Assembly: GCA_017654855.1 (NCBI GenBank)
Contig: CM030332.1
Coordinates: 2,976,001 to 3,040,000 of the forward strand
Source of the DNA: Podospora anserina
Taxonomy: Eukaryota
DNA: 64,000 bases
Direction of reading: 5' to 3'
The translations under genes and the position numbers were made by a program. The notes beneath the pieces were generated by a model that made no database searches, was not told where the DNA came from, and was given only the letters and a program-made list of their open reading frames with translations. Shown here in pieces: positions 1 to 10,622 of the stretch. How positions within the stretch are numbered: position 1 is the first letter of the stretch; each line of letters starts with the position of its first letter.

Positions 1-741
1 AACCATACTAAACGTCTCCGGCAACGGCGCCCTAACCCACCCGCTCCACGCCATCGGATGCCTCTGCCCCCACCCCTTCTCCAAAATCTCCTTGATATCA
101 TCCGGGTGCAAGTTCATATGCATCGACCGATCCGAACTGTGAATATGGACAATCTCCCCGTTCCCACAAACATTCAACGGGTGTCTCGCAAACAGCGCAA
201 ACCCGTGCTTCTCCAGACAAGACGTTGCGGTGACAAACACACTGGGGTGCTTCTTTGACAGGTTCTCGAGTGCTGCCCTCAGTCGGTTGTAGCACTCTAC
301 TGAGCCGTGCTGGTTTAGCTGACGCTGGGGTGCCAGACCGGCTACGGTTGGGCGAGGGCCCGGGCGGTAAGGGAGTTTGGATAGGATCCCGGTGGAGGGG
401 GAGGAGACGACGTCCCGAGGGGGGGGTGTGAAGGGGTCGCGGAGGGTGAAGAGGCGGTAAAAGGTTAGACGGGCGTAGCCGGAGGGGGTGGGGGGTGTCC
501 CACCGGGGCCGAGCTTGAGGAAGTTGAGGTAGTCGTTGTGGATGAGGAGGGCGATGGGGACGGCGATGATGAGGAACTCGAGGAGGAGGTGGTCAACGAA
601 GTGCATTCCCAGGACTGTCAGGATGGAGACGGCCAGGAGGGCGGAGGCGTCGAGTGTTACGTAGAATGGGTCTTGGCGGATGACCATGTTGACGGTGGGT
701 TGCTGTTGTTGGGAGGACGGGTCGGCGGGTAGGGAGGACAT
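1..741 (-). CDS. Fungal luciferase (Luz)/DUF5519-family protein, 3' end beyond window
   Basis: Not in ORF track (no stop in window). Manual translation from ATG 741 gives 247 open codons: MSSLPADPSS..., N-terminal hydrophobic segments, DYLNFLKLGPGGTP, RPGPRPTVAGLAPQRQLNQ, SCLEKHG, GEIVHIHSSDRSMHMNLHPDD, EILEKGWGQRHP. These are the motif blocks of the fungal luciferase-like family. Confidence 0.85.
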   Translation of the reverse strand, partial: MSSLPADPSSQQQQPTVNMVIRQDPFYVTLDASALLAVSILTVLGMHFVDHLLLEFLIIAVPIALLIHNDYLNFLKLGPGGTPPTPSGYARLTFYRLFTLRDPFTPPPRDVVSSPSTGILSKLPYRPGPRPTVAGLAPQRQLNQHGSVECYNRLRAALENLSKKHPSVFVTATSCLEKHGFALFARHPLNVCGNGEIVHIHSSDRSMHMNLHPDDIKEILEKGWGQRHPMAWSGWVRAPLPETFSMV

Positions 742-2863
742 GGTTTTTGATGGCTCTGAGGTGACTGTGAGAGACATTTTGGACGATGCGATATCGTTAA
801 TATTGGTGGTGATATTGGTGTTGGGACTGTTGTGAGAGCACTCTGGGACCTAACAGTCCGAGCTATTTTGATTGATTTCAGCGTCGAGATGTCCAGCTGT
901 TAGCAAAGCCAATATTCATGTCAGTGAGATGGATGGTTGTGGTTATCGGTTGGGCTTGAGCATTCTTCAACACAGGGAGAGGACGAGATGGTCTTGTACG
1001 GCGATTCTATGTGCCTCCCGGGTCACTAGGGGTGAAAGCGGAAGAGGGCGGAGATATACAAGTAATACCAAGCGATTATCGGCAGCAAGGCAGGTGAGAC
1101 AACAGGTTGAGTTTCCAGAGTGTTCTAGTGAAGCGTGATGGCTCACTGCATATATAGACGATTCGGTGAAGACCACACGGCCCATGCCACGACAAGGTGC
1201 ATATTTGAAGCCCTGGTGTCTAGGATGTAAGGATGTGAAAGATCATGAACGACTGGTGGAACAATGGTGTCACCATGCGTTTAAGTGGGCCGCAGAGCAG
1301 GGCAGAGGGGGGCTGTCATCACTCGATGAGAACAAAGCAACCCTTTCCGTTCGGGTGGTAGCCGTAAGCTGATGCCCACTCAGGGTACCAAGCCCGCCCG
1401 ATGCTGATCCCAGCTGCATGTATGCGACTTATGAAGGAGCTAGCTTCAAATGCAGATGTCAAACGTGATATCTCGTAGATTCCGAAAGTTATGTTTTGTT
1501 GGATGGGAAACTGTTGTGTTCAGGAAGACAGTTTTCTTTCATGAGGAGGACGTCATGGTGGACTCGAGGGTTTGATCTGCATTGGCGTGTGTCTTCCATT
1601 GATGAATTTTGCTTGGGAGATAGGAATTAATAGACGTGGTGACGTCTGTTGATGATATGTGCAAGGTGTCTCACCCAAAGGCAACTTCCGTGTAAGTCGA
1701 ACATCAAAAAGTGCCATTGCCTCGTTGCAGCCTTCGATGCCTTTGGTTTGCAATAGCATCAACCTCAAGTCGACAAACCATTCCAACTTGGAGAGTCCGA
1801 AAATGTTTCGGTTCTACCATGCCCGTTATTCAAATCAACTATTGTACTGCCATCCCACGCACTCAGGTTCCCCTCTCGGACGCATTCTTCAAAACTTGAA
1901 GAACTGGCAGGTCTTATGATCTACTGCATTGAAGAAAAGCCATCTGATTCGTCTATACCCAGCCTATTCACACTGCAGAGCTAACGATGCGAGTACACCC
2001 GGACCAACAACCAAGGCGGCCTATAGACGATGTTGTGGCTTTTCGACGTTACTGACCTGTGTCTTTCATCGACGATCATGCAGCATGGATGCTCTTTTGC
2101 ACCAAAAAAGGGAAGCCGAAAGCAAATGAAACTGTCAAGTCACACCGAGGAATTGGACGATCTTGCCATCAAGTCGCATCAGTCTCAATTGATTGCAGAA
2201 AATGAAGCGATGTGATATATTTTCAATAGAATTAATGTCGCGTAAGGTAGTGAAGTCTGGCAGCGACGTCATAGAATGGTGGTGGAGGAGATGAGCTTGG
2301 TGGGGTGTTGCCGTGGATACCACGGTCCAAAAGTCAATAAAAAATGATCAACGTTTCTACTGGAGCATGGGATGACAATCACCCAGATACAAGAGCTTTT
2401 CAGTGATGCCTTGCGATGATATATCATGTGGCTATGTCTGGCCGCTCCTCGACCATGAAGAGGTACCATTCAGGCGAGGTAGGTACACCCACATTCATGT
2501 ATGATCAGTGAGCTCGCATGCGCTGTCATGGATATTTAGGTATCTAGCTAAGTGCATAGCCCCTCTAGACGAATATAACAGGTGACTGAACAGTTGCCGA
2601 CTTTCCTAAATTTATGCCGTTGACGGTGCTATCATAACTATCTGCTTCAGCTACTTGGTTGATGAAGCCAGGCTGTAAGACATAACCAAACAAAAGCAAC
2701 CTCTACAGCTTCTTGGGCCACAACCATTCTGCTGTTCGTTGGGCTCATTGAGTGTGGTTGAATACTGCCCTCTTGTGGCATTTCTGCTGAGCTGAACCCC
2801 GACTAACATTTATTTTTCAACTGGAAGGCACTTCGAGCCGGTTCTTTCTTCATAGAGTTTTCC

Positions 2864-3460
2864 ATGCTCGCTTGACATCCTGCTCGAACCACAAGGCTCC
2901 TTGGCTCCCTCTTCTGCTGAACACGGCGCTGGCCGCTGTTTGCACAGTCTGCTACCTGCTCATTATCATTCTTTATTTGGCCCCAAATGGCTATCAAATC
3001 AAGTCGTTATTGCATCCGGGCGTCGGCACAATCAAACCTACCGCCGTTGTGGGTTTTGCTGCAACCCTCGCCGCCTCAACATCGACCTTGGTAACAAGCT
3101 GCATGGAGCAATCGTTTAGCTTGCTTCTGGAGCGTCAAGAAGCAGTAGTCGCGCGTCAAATCGAAGCTAACTTTGACATGGCTACCTTGCAGGCCTTTGC
3201 CAAAGATCTGAATGCTTCCAGTCTGGTGTTGACCTATTCCAAGACCACTGCCGTGTATGTTTACAGCCCCATGTTTCTGCTTGCTCTTCGTGCGCCGTTT
3301 CTAGCAGTAATACTCGAAACCTGGGGCCGGTGCATGTCGGCAGCGCCGAAGGAGTTATAGGTATGACCCCATAGCTACTACTCGTCTTGGGCCTGTTGGG
3401 GGCCTTGCATCAGGTCCAACTCGAGCATCACCCACAACTGGAAGGAGTCCTCAGAATGAA
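2864..3460 (+). pseudogene. Degenerate membrane-protein gene remnant
   Basis: ORF 2872-3360 lacks a proper ATG and has TM-like segments (ALAAVCTVCYLLIIILYL; VYVYSPMFLLAL). A protein-like continuation (YDPIATTRLGPVGGL) lies in a shifted frame after 3360. Confidence 0.35.
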
Positions 3461-3974
3461 GGAAAATCTAACAAATCACACACAAATCCCAGATGCCAAA
3501 ACCAAAAAGCCCTGAACGCCATGTCTCCACTTAACGTTTTCAACTGAGGTCCTCTGATGAAAGCCCCGACCCCAGAGCGGGCCGCAATGTCTGCTCTGGA
3601 GTCAATATTGTGATGGCTCAGGGTAGACCCAGCCCCGGACTTGGTTCTTGGCGTGAGGCGTTGCCCCTGCGATCAAGTTAGGTAAAAGTTAACTTTGAGT
3701 TTTGGACATACAAGCCACCTACCCGGGTAGTAGGTGAGTGGCTTGATGCCACTGGTTCTGGAGGGCCCATTATGAAGGAAACCCAGATTTAAGCTAGGTC
3801 GGCACATCTCACTTCGTTCATCACAGTATTTCCACTCAGATCAAGTGCCCGCTCCTCTTCTCAAGGCCGACTTTGAAGTCTCTCAGTATCTCTCGTCAAT
3901 TGGACGGACAGTACCACTCAAACGACGGCCAACCTACGAGCGACATATCGAAAAGAATAATCAAGACTTGCTAC

Positions 3975-4535
3975 ATGCCCAAAATGTTTAGACAATGCTA
4001 CGAGATTTGGCCTGGTGACGCGCCAGCGGGCGCCGAGGTTCGTGAGGCCGCACAAATCCTCGTTGATATGTCAGCCAGCGCTTGGGAGCGGGACAATGCC
4101 GCCGAGTGTCCTCCGCTCCTTACCAAAGGTCCTCGCGCTCCCGAACGACCACATCCCGAGGTCCTCGAACAAGATGAGGCTCTCGACCCTGATGCCACGG
4201 ATGAAGAAAATTACGACGACGTTGCTGGCCCTTCCAATCATCAACCACAACCGTCGTCAAGCAAGAGGGGTAGGGCTGAACAGCGAGCGCAGCGGCTACA
4301 GAGAGATGGCGTGCTCCAGACCGGCGATGCTCGTTGCGAAACGTGCAAAGCGTACGAGAGTAGCTCCAAACCAAGCCCAAAAAGTCGTAAAAGCGGCTTT
4401 CAATGCCGTATACTGGAGGGAGAATCCCGCGCTTGTGCTCGCTGCGTTGCTGGGCGGGAAAGATGCAGTTTGGTCGGACGTAAACGACACCAAGAGGCCG
4501 AACAACTCGAAACATCTAAGCGACGCAAGGGATGA
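3975..4535 (+). CDS. Hypothetical nuclear protein with atypical Zn2Cys6-like motif
   Basis: First ATG at 3975 in ORF 3873-4535. C-x2-C-x19-C-x9-C-x2-C-x6-C (CETC...C...CARC...C), acidic patch, basic NLS-like end KRRKG. Confidence 0.5.
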   Translation: MPKMFRQCYEIWPGDAPAGAEVREAAQILVDMSASAWERDNAAECPPLLTKGPRAPERPHPEVLEQDEALDPDATDEENYDDVAGPSNHQPQPSSSKRGRAEQRAQRLQRDGVLQTGDARCETCKAYESSSKPSPKSRKSGFQCRILEGESRACARCVAGRERCSLVGRKRHQEAEQLETSKRRKG

Positions 4536-4721
4536 GCCCCCTCTGGCACTCGGCACCCACCTACAACATATATACACCTTCACCTCGTCTTACGACGCCT
4601 CCTCTCATTCACCTTGGCACTTGTCGACAACCCTTTGGGCATTTACTGACCGTGACCTTCAAGACCCGTCAATTACACAAAGAGACCCCCCCTTACCGGG
4701 ACGGACCCACCTAATATCTGG

Positions 4722-4864
4722 GGCTTGACGGCTTTTCAAGTTTGCAAATCAAGCCAAAAGGAAGGCTTGATTTAACTTGGTTAAAAATGAGCTTTACTTG
4801 ACTTGATTTACTTACTTATTTGACTTGACCGTCAAGTAAGTAATTGCTTGACTTAGTATCTCTA
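4722..4864. mobile_element. Probable DNA-transposon (hAT-like) terminal/subterminal remnant
   Basis: AT-rich block dense in CTTGAC/GTCAAG/TTACT motifs. Perfect inverted repeats AAATCAAGCC(4746-4755)/GGCTTGATTT(4764-4773) and ACTTGAC-C-GTCAAGT (4823-4837). Ends GTATCTCTA (= TAGAGATAC on minus). No transposase or partner end found. Confidence 0.45.
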
Positions 4865-5744
4865 CACGCTCAGCCGGCGCTTCAAAGTTCAGCATAAACG
4901 CCACATAGACCGCCATCAGTGGACGGATTTTCCAGTTGTCCTTACTTTAAGGATTTGATTGATGAAGCCTTCTCGATAAAATTTAATCATAGCTGATGAT
5001 ATATGATAGAACGACAGTGTCTCATGCTTCAAAACTTGTAGATGTTAAAGGAAGCCCGGAGAACGACATCTGGCATGCAACACTTCAACTCGATCATCAG
5101 GTGACTTGGTTTGTAGATTATTTGAGACATTTCAAGTATCATCTGTCACCTGCTGCCTGACTGTTCAAAAAGAAGATGTGAATGAAGGATGTTTTGGACT
5201 TGGGGGGAACGACCTGATATGCCAAGACGTGCCCCCTTTTTACCCCTACTCCCGTCCGTGCTTCACAACATATTGGCACCAGACTGACCGTGGCCGCACC
5301 ACTCTTGCATCAAAAAACGAAATTAATTCGGAAGAGTGTTCACAATGATTTAGTTTTGGGCTCTTCAAAGCCGTCCAGTTCGAGTGCCTGAACATTACTA
5401 TTCTCTGACAATAGTATACTTCTCAACAGCGGACAAAGGAATCTGAACAACCCCGTTGTCTCTATTCCCAGGCTTCAACAAAGCAATCACAAGGCTTCCA
5501 CATTCAAGGCCACCATCAACATTGCCATTTAAACACTTTGATATCCCTCGACCTCAAGTGAGATCTTTTCATCCCGCACACCAGTCAAGCATTCCCTCCC
5601 TTCAAGTCCCTCTGTCTCTAGAACCAGTCCCGGTGACATAAGGTTTACTTCTCTGAAGCAAGGAATCAACTGGTGGTGTCACCAACATTCATTGCTTTCC
5701 TACTCATCCCTTCCACCAAGAACACCAACTGTTTCCCAGTCACA

Positions 5745-6332
5745 ATGGCCACCCCCCTCTATCCCCCGGAGCGCAGGAGCAGGATCAAGACCCTCCTAGA
5801 CAAACTCCTCGGCCGAAACCCCAAATTCTTCAAGGTCATCAGGACCAGAAAGCTGAAATCCGCCAATGTACCCCACCCAGAGATGATGGAAGACGCATCC
5901 CACGACGCCGCCCTCCCAGACCCCTCCTTCACTACCTTTGCCAGCTCTTCTACCAACTACACTGCCCCTCCCAACAACCAAGGATGCCGTAGTCTCCTCT
6001 GCTTCACTAATCATCCCAACAGCAGCAACAGCACCACTTCATCGACCGGTGCCCGCACCTCTGCATTCTACGCCACTGGCCCATCACGTAGTTGTGCCGT
6101 GTTGGAAGGGACGCTAATCCCCACTGCTATCCAGCCCCAGACTTTCTTCCTGAGAGGTGTCCCCATACCGGAGAGCGCCAGTTCTGCTTCTTTCTCTCGT
6201 GACGATGATGATGTGAATGGACTCCCCGATGACAGGCGGACGCTTCCTAGTCAGAGGCGCCGCCAGCCGGGACTTGGACGGACGGGGAACATGAGGGATA
6301 TGAGGCAGGCTTATCTTGATTCAGGTAGGTGA
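5745..6332 (+). CDS. Hypothetical protein (195 aa, low complexity)
   Basis: ATG in good fungal context (CACAATGG), C-ending codon bias in the 5' half, no recognisable domain. Confidence 0.55.
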   Translation: MATPLYPPERRSRIKTLLDKLLGRNPKFFKVIRTRKLKSANVPHPEMMEDASHDAALPDPSFTTFASSSTNYTAPPNNQGCRSLLCFTNHPNSSNSTTSSTGARTSAFYATGPSRSCAVLEGTLIPTAIQPQTFFLRGVPIPESASSASFSRDDDDVNGLPDDRRTLPSQRRRQPGLGRTGNMRDMRQAYLDSGR

Positions 6333-6705
6333 GCAAGGTTCTGTGAGGAGGTGAGTAAGTGAATTTGTAAGATTGGAGAGATGAGGCTGGTCCTTGCGAG
6401 ATTCACCACCATGGCCAGACTGGGGTGACATGACATCGATAATACATAATTCTTTTTTTTTGGTCAATTGAACTAACTAACTTTCAGTGTGCTATTTCTG
6501 TGCAATTTTGTGTGTCGTGTTTTTGTGTTGTTGGAAGAAGTGAGGGAGCGCGTTGTTGCCCGCCCAGCAAAGTCGCAAAAACTCGACTGGCAAGCAGAAG
6601 CACGACTCCAAGAACCGCAACACTTAAGGATCACATGAAGCCCAGACCTACATCAAACAAAACAGATAGGAAAAGCTGATATCATGTAATATGAAGAAAA
6701 GAAGC

Positions 6706-6880
6706 AAAAAATGGCAAAAGCTCACCGGCCAACCCGTGGGGTGGCCGGCTACGAAAGCTGTTTCGGGGTCAAACAACTTTGCTTCGTAGGGGACTCGAAC
6801 TGGGCCTGTCCGAATCCCCGGATTGGGTGGGCGGACAGCCAGCCCACTTGACCATTTGGCCGTCGGATAGTGGGCTGCTG
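6706..6880 (-). ncRNA. Candidate RNA polymerase III-transcribed structured ncRNA (unknown class; tRNA-type internal promoter)
   Basis: Minus strand: upstream TTATAG (6904-6909), A-box-like CGGCCAAATGG (6852-6862), B-box AGTTCGAGTCC (6791-6801), four consecutive hairpins (6841-6876, 6806-6838, 6749-6789, 6725-6748), then TTTT (6716-6719) and TTTTTT (6706-6711). No tRNA acceptor stem. Confidence 0.6.
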
Positions 6881-8219
6881 TTGGAAGGTACAACTTGGAA
6901 CTACTATAAGTACTGCCTGCTCTTGCTCATGAGGAAGGAACGAGTTTCAAGGGTGACTGTTTGTCAGCGGGAGCCTTCGCCGTGACTTGCTCTTGCCCCG
7001 ACCAACCACCTGATCGTCTTTCTGCTTCCATGTCAAATTGAAATCGAGAGAAACAGTATTGGGCCTGACAGTCACCCAGCGGGCTGAAGTAAACTTTCAT
7101 CCAAGATATTGTAGCATGGATGTTGGCTGTTAGCTACCGTAATAAAAGGTGAAACTTGGGGGATTTCTCCCAGTTGAAGGTTGACTTGCGCGGCCTCATC
7201 TTTGCAATCCCAGACTGACGGACAGACTCGCACACAAATTTGATGTGGTTACACATCTCCCGCAAGACAAAAAGACATTCTGAATTTCATGGAACACATG
7301 TGACCTGTTGATCAACGTCTTACATTACCCTCTTGGTATCTGGAGTCTTGCGGCAAAGTGCCACCCGGCTGGGAACCGCCTGACGACCTCGACAAAGTAC
7401 GGGCGGGGCAGTTAAGAGACCAGGTCAAGAACAAAAAAAAATACTCTACATGACAGTTCTACAGTGGCCAATATCACGGTAAGCCCGACAAAAACTGTCC
7501 CTGGCGAAAAGCCGAAAGAATGTTGCATCAAAGCGACAGGCTACGACAGGCCCAGAGCCTCATCCACCACGCCGGGTCAGCCAAGCTGCAGCATTGACGA
7601 GATTCACGGAAATATGATCTAGAGTTTCTCGTCAAAGATTTTTGCTGGTGAATACTGGATGTGCATCACGGCAAACACCGATCAAAAGTGAGTGGGAGCA
7701 ACTCCGGCCATGACCCCTGAACAATAAGCCGAGCCTTCCTAATCGGGACTTGAATAAACACTGAATAGGGGCTTGCCCCAGACACCCAAACTTCGGCATA
7801 CTCGACAGACAAAAGAAAGCCCAGACACGCGACAAACATGTGGCCCGGTCACATCGTGTCTTTGATGATCTGTCTTGTCCTCGGGAAGCCATCGTAGAGT
7901 CTGCACCGGACTCGACGGCAAGGTCCATGAGCTGCGAATGAGTTTGCCTTCTTGCTTTTGATCGACTACAACATCTTTGTCGCGGATCGATCAATTCCTG
8001 GATTCTAGACAGCGCGTTGCCTATTCGGGGTCTGAATAGTTCATTGACATCCACCGGCATCCTCCAAAGTCTGGGCCACGGCAACAATAAACTCTTCCGT
8101 CTGAACGGAACATGTCTTTTGTCGAATGCTCCTGGGGATGTCCGATATGACCTGCTTATTCTTTGAACCTGTGCTATGGATAGCAACTGCTGAAGTGCCT
8201 CCACCACCTTCAGTGCTCA

Positions 8220-8284
8220 CTCAATAGAGCCCTATTGACACAATAAACACCAGCCCCTGAATAGGGGCGCTTTCGGATATAAAA
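8220..8284 (+). promoter_or_regulatory. Pheromone-gene promoter: palindromic CTATTG-type (alpha-box/HMG-like) sites and TATA box
   Basis: TCAATAG-agcc-CTATTGA (8221-8238), GCCCCT-gaat-AGGGGC (8253-8268), TATAAAA (8278-8284), followed by a pyrimidine tract, ~160 nt upstream of the ATG. Confidence 0.6.
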
Positions 8285-8313
8285 GGCCTCGTCCATCACC
8301 ACCATCTCTCTCC

Positions 8314-8340
8314 CTTTCCTTTCCTTTCCTTTCCTTTCCT
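8314..8340 (+). repeat. (TTTCC)n pyrimidine microsatellite / CT-box
   Basis: ctttcctttcctttcctttcctttcct just downstream of the TATA box. Confidence 0.8.
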
Positions 8341-8439
8341 CCTCATCCCGCTCAAGTCAGTCTTTGAATACTTCAGCTTCTTCACAACCCCTTTTTTTTA
8401 AAAAAAAAACAAAAAACTTCCCAACCAAAAACCACCAAA

Positions 8440-9105
8440 ATGAAGTTTTCCACCCCCCTCGCTCTCCTCGCCGTCGCTGCCGTCGACGCCGCTGTTGTCC
8501 AGGAGGACAAGCGCTGGTGCAACACCGAGGGCCAGGCCTGCAACACCGTTGCCCGCGCCGCCGAGGCTTTCACCAACGCCATCAAGGCCTCCGGCGTCGT
8601 TGCCCGTGACGACTCCGCCGCCGCTCAGGTCGCCGCCCGCCAGGTCGACCAGCTCGCCCTCGCCATCTCCGCCTCCCAGGCCGACCCCATCACCTTCTAC
8701 ACCGCCCTCGGCCTCGGTGACCAGTTCACCCTCGAGGAGAAGCCCCACGCCGAGAAGCGCGAGGCCGCCCCCCAGTGGTGCCTCCGCTTCGTCGGCCAGT
8801 CCTGCTGGAAGCGCAACGCCGCCCCCGAGGACGTCAAGCGGTGCACCGCCGAGGACGGCGCCTGCACCAAGGCCAAGCGCGCCGCCGAGGCCGTCATCAA
8901 CGCCATCGAGGCTTCCGCCGACAACCTCGCCAAGCGTGAGGCCGCCCCCCAGTGGTGCCTCCGTTTCGTCGGCCAGTCCTGCTGGAAGCGCAACGCCGCC
9001 CCCGAGGCTGCCTGCAACGCCCCCGACGGCGCCTGCACCAAGGCCACCCGCGACATCCACGCCATGTACAACGCTGCCCGCCACATCATCGATGCCTCCG
9101 CTTAA
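8440..9105 (+). CDS. mfm: Alpha-factor-like mating pheromone precursor (Podospora mfm; ccg-4/ppg1 family)
   Basis: Signal peptide MKFSTPLALLAVAAVDA. Two copies of KR-EA-AP-QWCLRFVGQSCW-KR (8773-8808, 8950-8985) with Kex2 KR sites and X-A/X-P dipeptides. 221 aa, strong codon bias. Confidence 0.95.
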   Translation: MKFSTPLALLAVAAVDAAVVQEDKRWCNTEGQACNTVARAAEAFTNAIKASGVVARDDSAAAQVAARQVDQLALAISASQADPITFYTALGLGDQFTLEEKPHAEKREAAPQWCLRFVGQSCWKRNAAPEDVKRCTAEDGACTKAKRAAEAVINAIEASADNLAKREAAPQWCLRFVGQSCWKRNAAPEAACNAPDGACTKATRDIHAMYNAARHIIDASA

Positions 9106-9726
9106 GCGGCTCGTTGGTCAACTCGGCAACAGCAAGAGTGACGCTCTTCTCCTTCTTTGTATATGGTTGGCGACATAGAAAACGACAGATCCCTTCTCAA
9201 GACAAGTCACCCCTCCACCCTCGCAACAACACGTTAGAAAACCGATGATATACATCCCTTTCTTCGACAAATACCCTTATTCACCTTCTTCGCGCGGGCA
9301 CTGAACCCGACATCTGGCAAGTTCTTTACACTTGCATTTCCCAACATGAGCATCGCCTTCGTTTGCTTCAACCGGTTTCCCGAGAGTTGGAGTAGGGTCG
9401 GCAGTCCAACACTTTTTAGTATCGCGGGGTGGACATCTGTCAACTTTTTCATAGTTACATAACAAACAAATACATATTTATTCTGGCGTTGGGCCGGCAA
9501 AAAACCATTTGTTCTCTATGCCTTGACGTGAAGTGTGACCTGTGCCAATGTTAGCCCCTGAGACCTGAGCATGATCATCCAGACCTTGTTCTCTCCAATG
9601 CACATTCACCCAACAACTACAGGCTCAAGTTTGTTCAAAAATGTTGAAATTCCCGCTTGCTTTGCTTTTGGCTCCTTTATACATGACAGCCCCATCCATC
9701 CCCACCCCTGGACATCATCATCACAA

Positions 9727-10622
9727 TTACATCAACAACCTCCAAGCACCCAACATCAACGCCGCAAACCCCGTGCATACCCCCATCAACCACTGCAAAG
9801 TCTGAAACTTGACCTGCTCCAACTGCTGCCTCAACGCCGCAACCTCCTGCTCAATCTTCGTCTCCGTCTCCTTAATCTTCAACTCCTGACTCACCGCCTC
9901 CTCCCTTATCCTCCCCTTCTCCAAGTTCAAGTCCAGCCTCACGCTCGCCTGCGTGCGACCAATCTCGTCCCGCAGTCTCGAGCTCAGCTTGGCGATGTCA
10001 TTCGTCAACCTCTCGTGCGCGGCCCGCGTGGTGTTGGACTCGGTCGAGTCGGCTGACAGGAGCTCCGAGCGGAGCTTGGCAAAGTCTACTTTTTGGGTGT
10101 AGGTTGTTTTGGCTGCTTCTTCGCGGGGGACCATGGTACGGGTGAGGTTTTGGATGCTGTAGACGGCACAAGGTTAACAACATGGGGTTGAAGAAGGGAA
10201 GGGGGACAGGGGGGGTACCTCTCTTCAATAACATCGTTCAGAACCTTCATCATGGCCACTGCTTGCTCCTCCGTGAAACCTTCTTCCTGCAGCCGCTGGA
10301 CAAAGCGGAGGGTGTCAAAGTGGTGATCACGCTGGCGGGAGGGGGTCGTGGAAAAGGGGCGTCCCTGGTTCTGAGAGAAACATGGTGGGCTGGCGCGGAA
10401 GTGCGCGGTGAGACTGCGCTTTGGGATAGTAGTAGGTGTCCCTTTTGAGGAGCCGGAGGTGTGGTATGTTCTCTTGTGAGGTGGTTGTCGAGAAAGGGAG
10501 GCGTTGCTGCTGTCTCTGGCTTGCTGGAGCAGCGCGGCCGAAGCTCCGGTGATGCTGCCGCTTGGGCCGGTCCAGCTAAGCCGGGGGAGGAGGAAGCGCG
10601 GGAGGGATTGTGCGGCCGTCAT
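9727..10622 (-). CDS. FMP32: Mitochondrial CCDC90/MCUR1-like coiled-coil protein (DUF1640, FMP32-like)
   Basis: Transit-peptide-like N-terminus, HHFDTLRFVQRLQEEGFTEEQA, intron 10157-10218, then SIQNLTRTMV...RLDLNLEKGRIREE...KFQTLQWLMGVCTGFAALMLGAWRLLM. Confidence 0.85.

Noticed and set aside
6781-6870. Canonical tRNA call for the A-box/B-box element
   Set aside because: No 7-bp acceptor stem, anticodon arm or paired T-stem. Kept instead as an unknown Pol III RNA candidate.
7632-8207. 191-aa minus-strand ORF upstream of mfm
   Set aside because: GTG start, overlaps the promoter motifs, no protein-like features.
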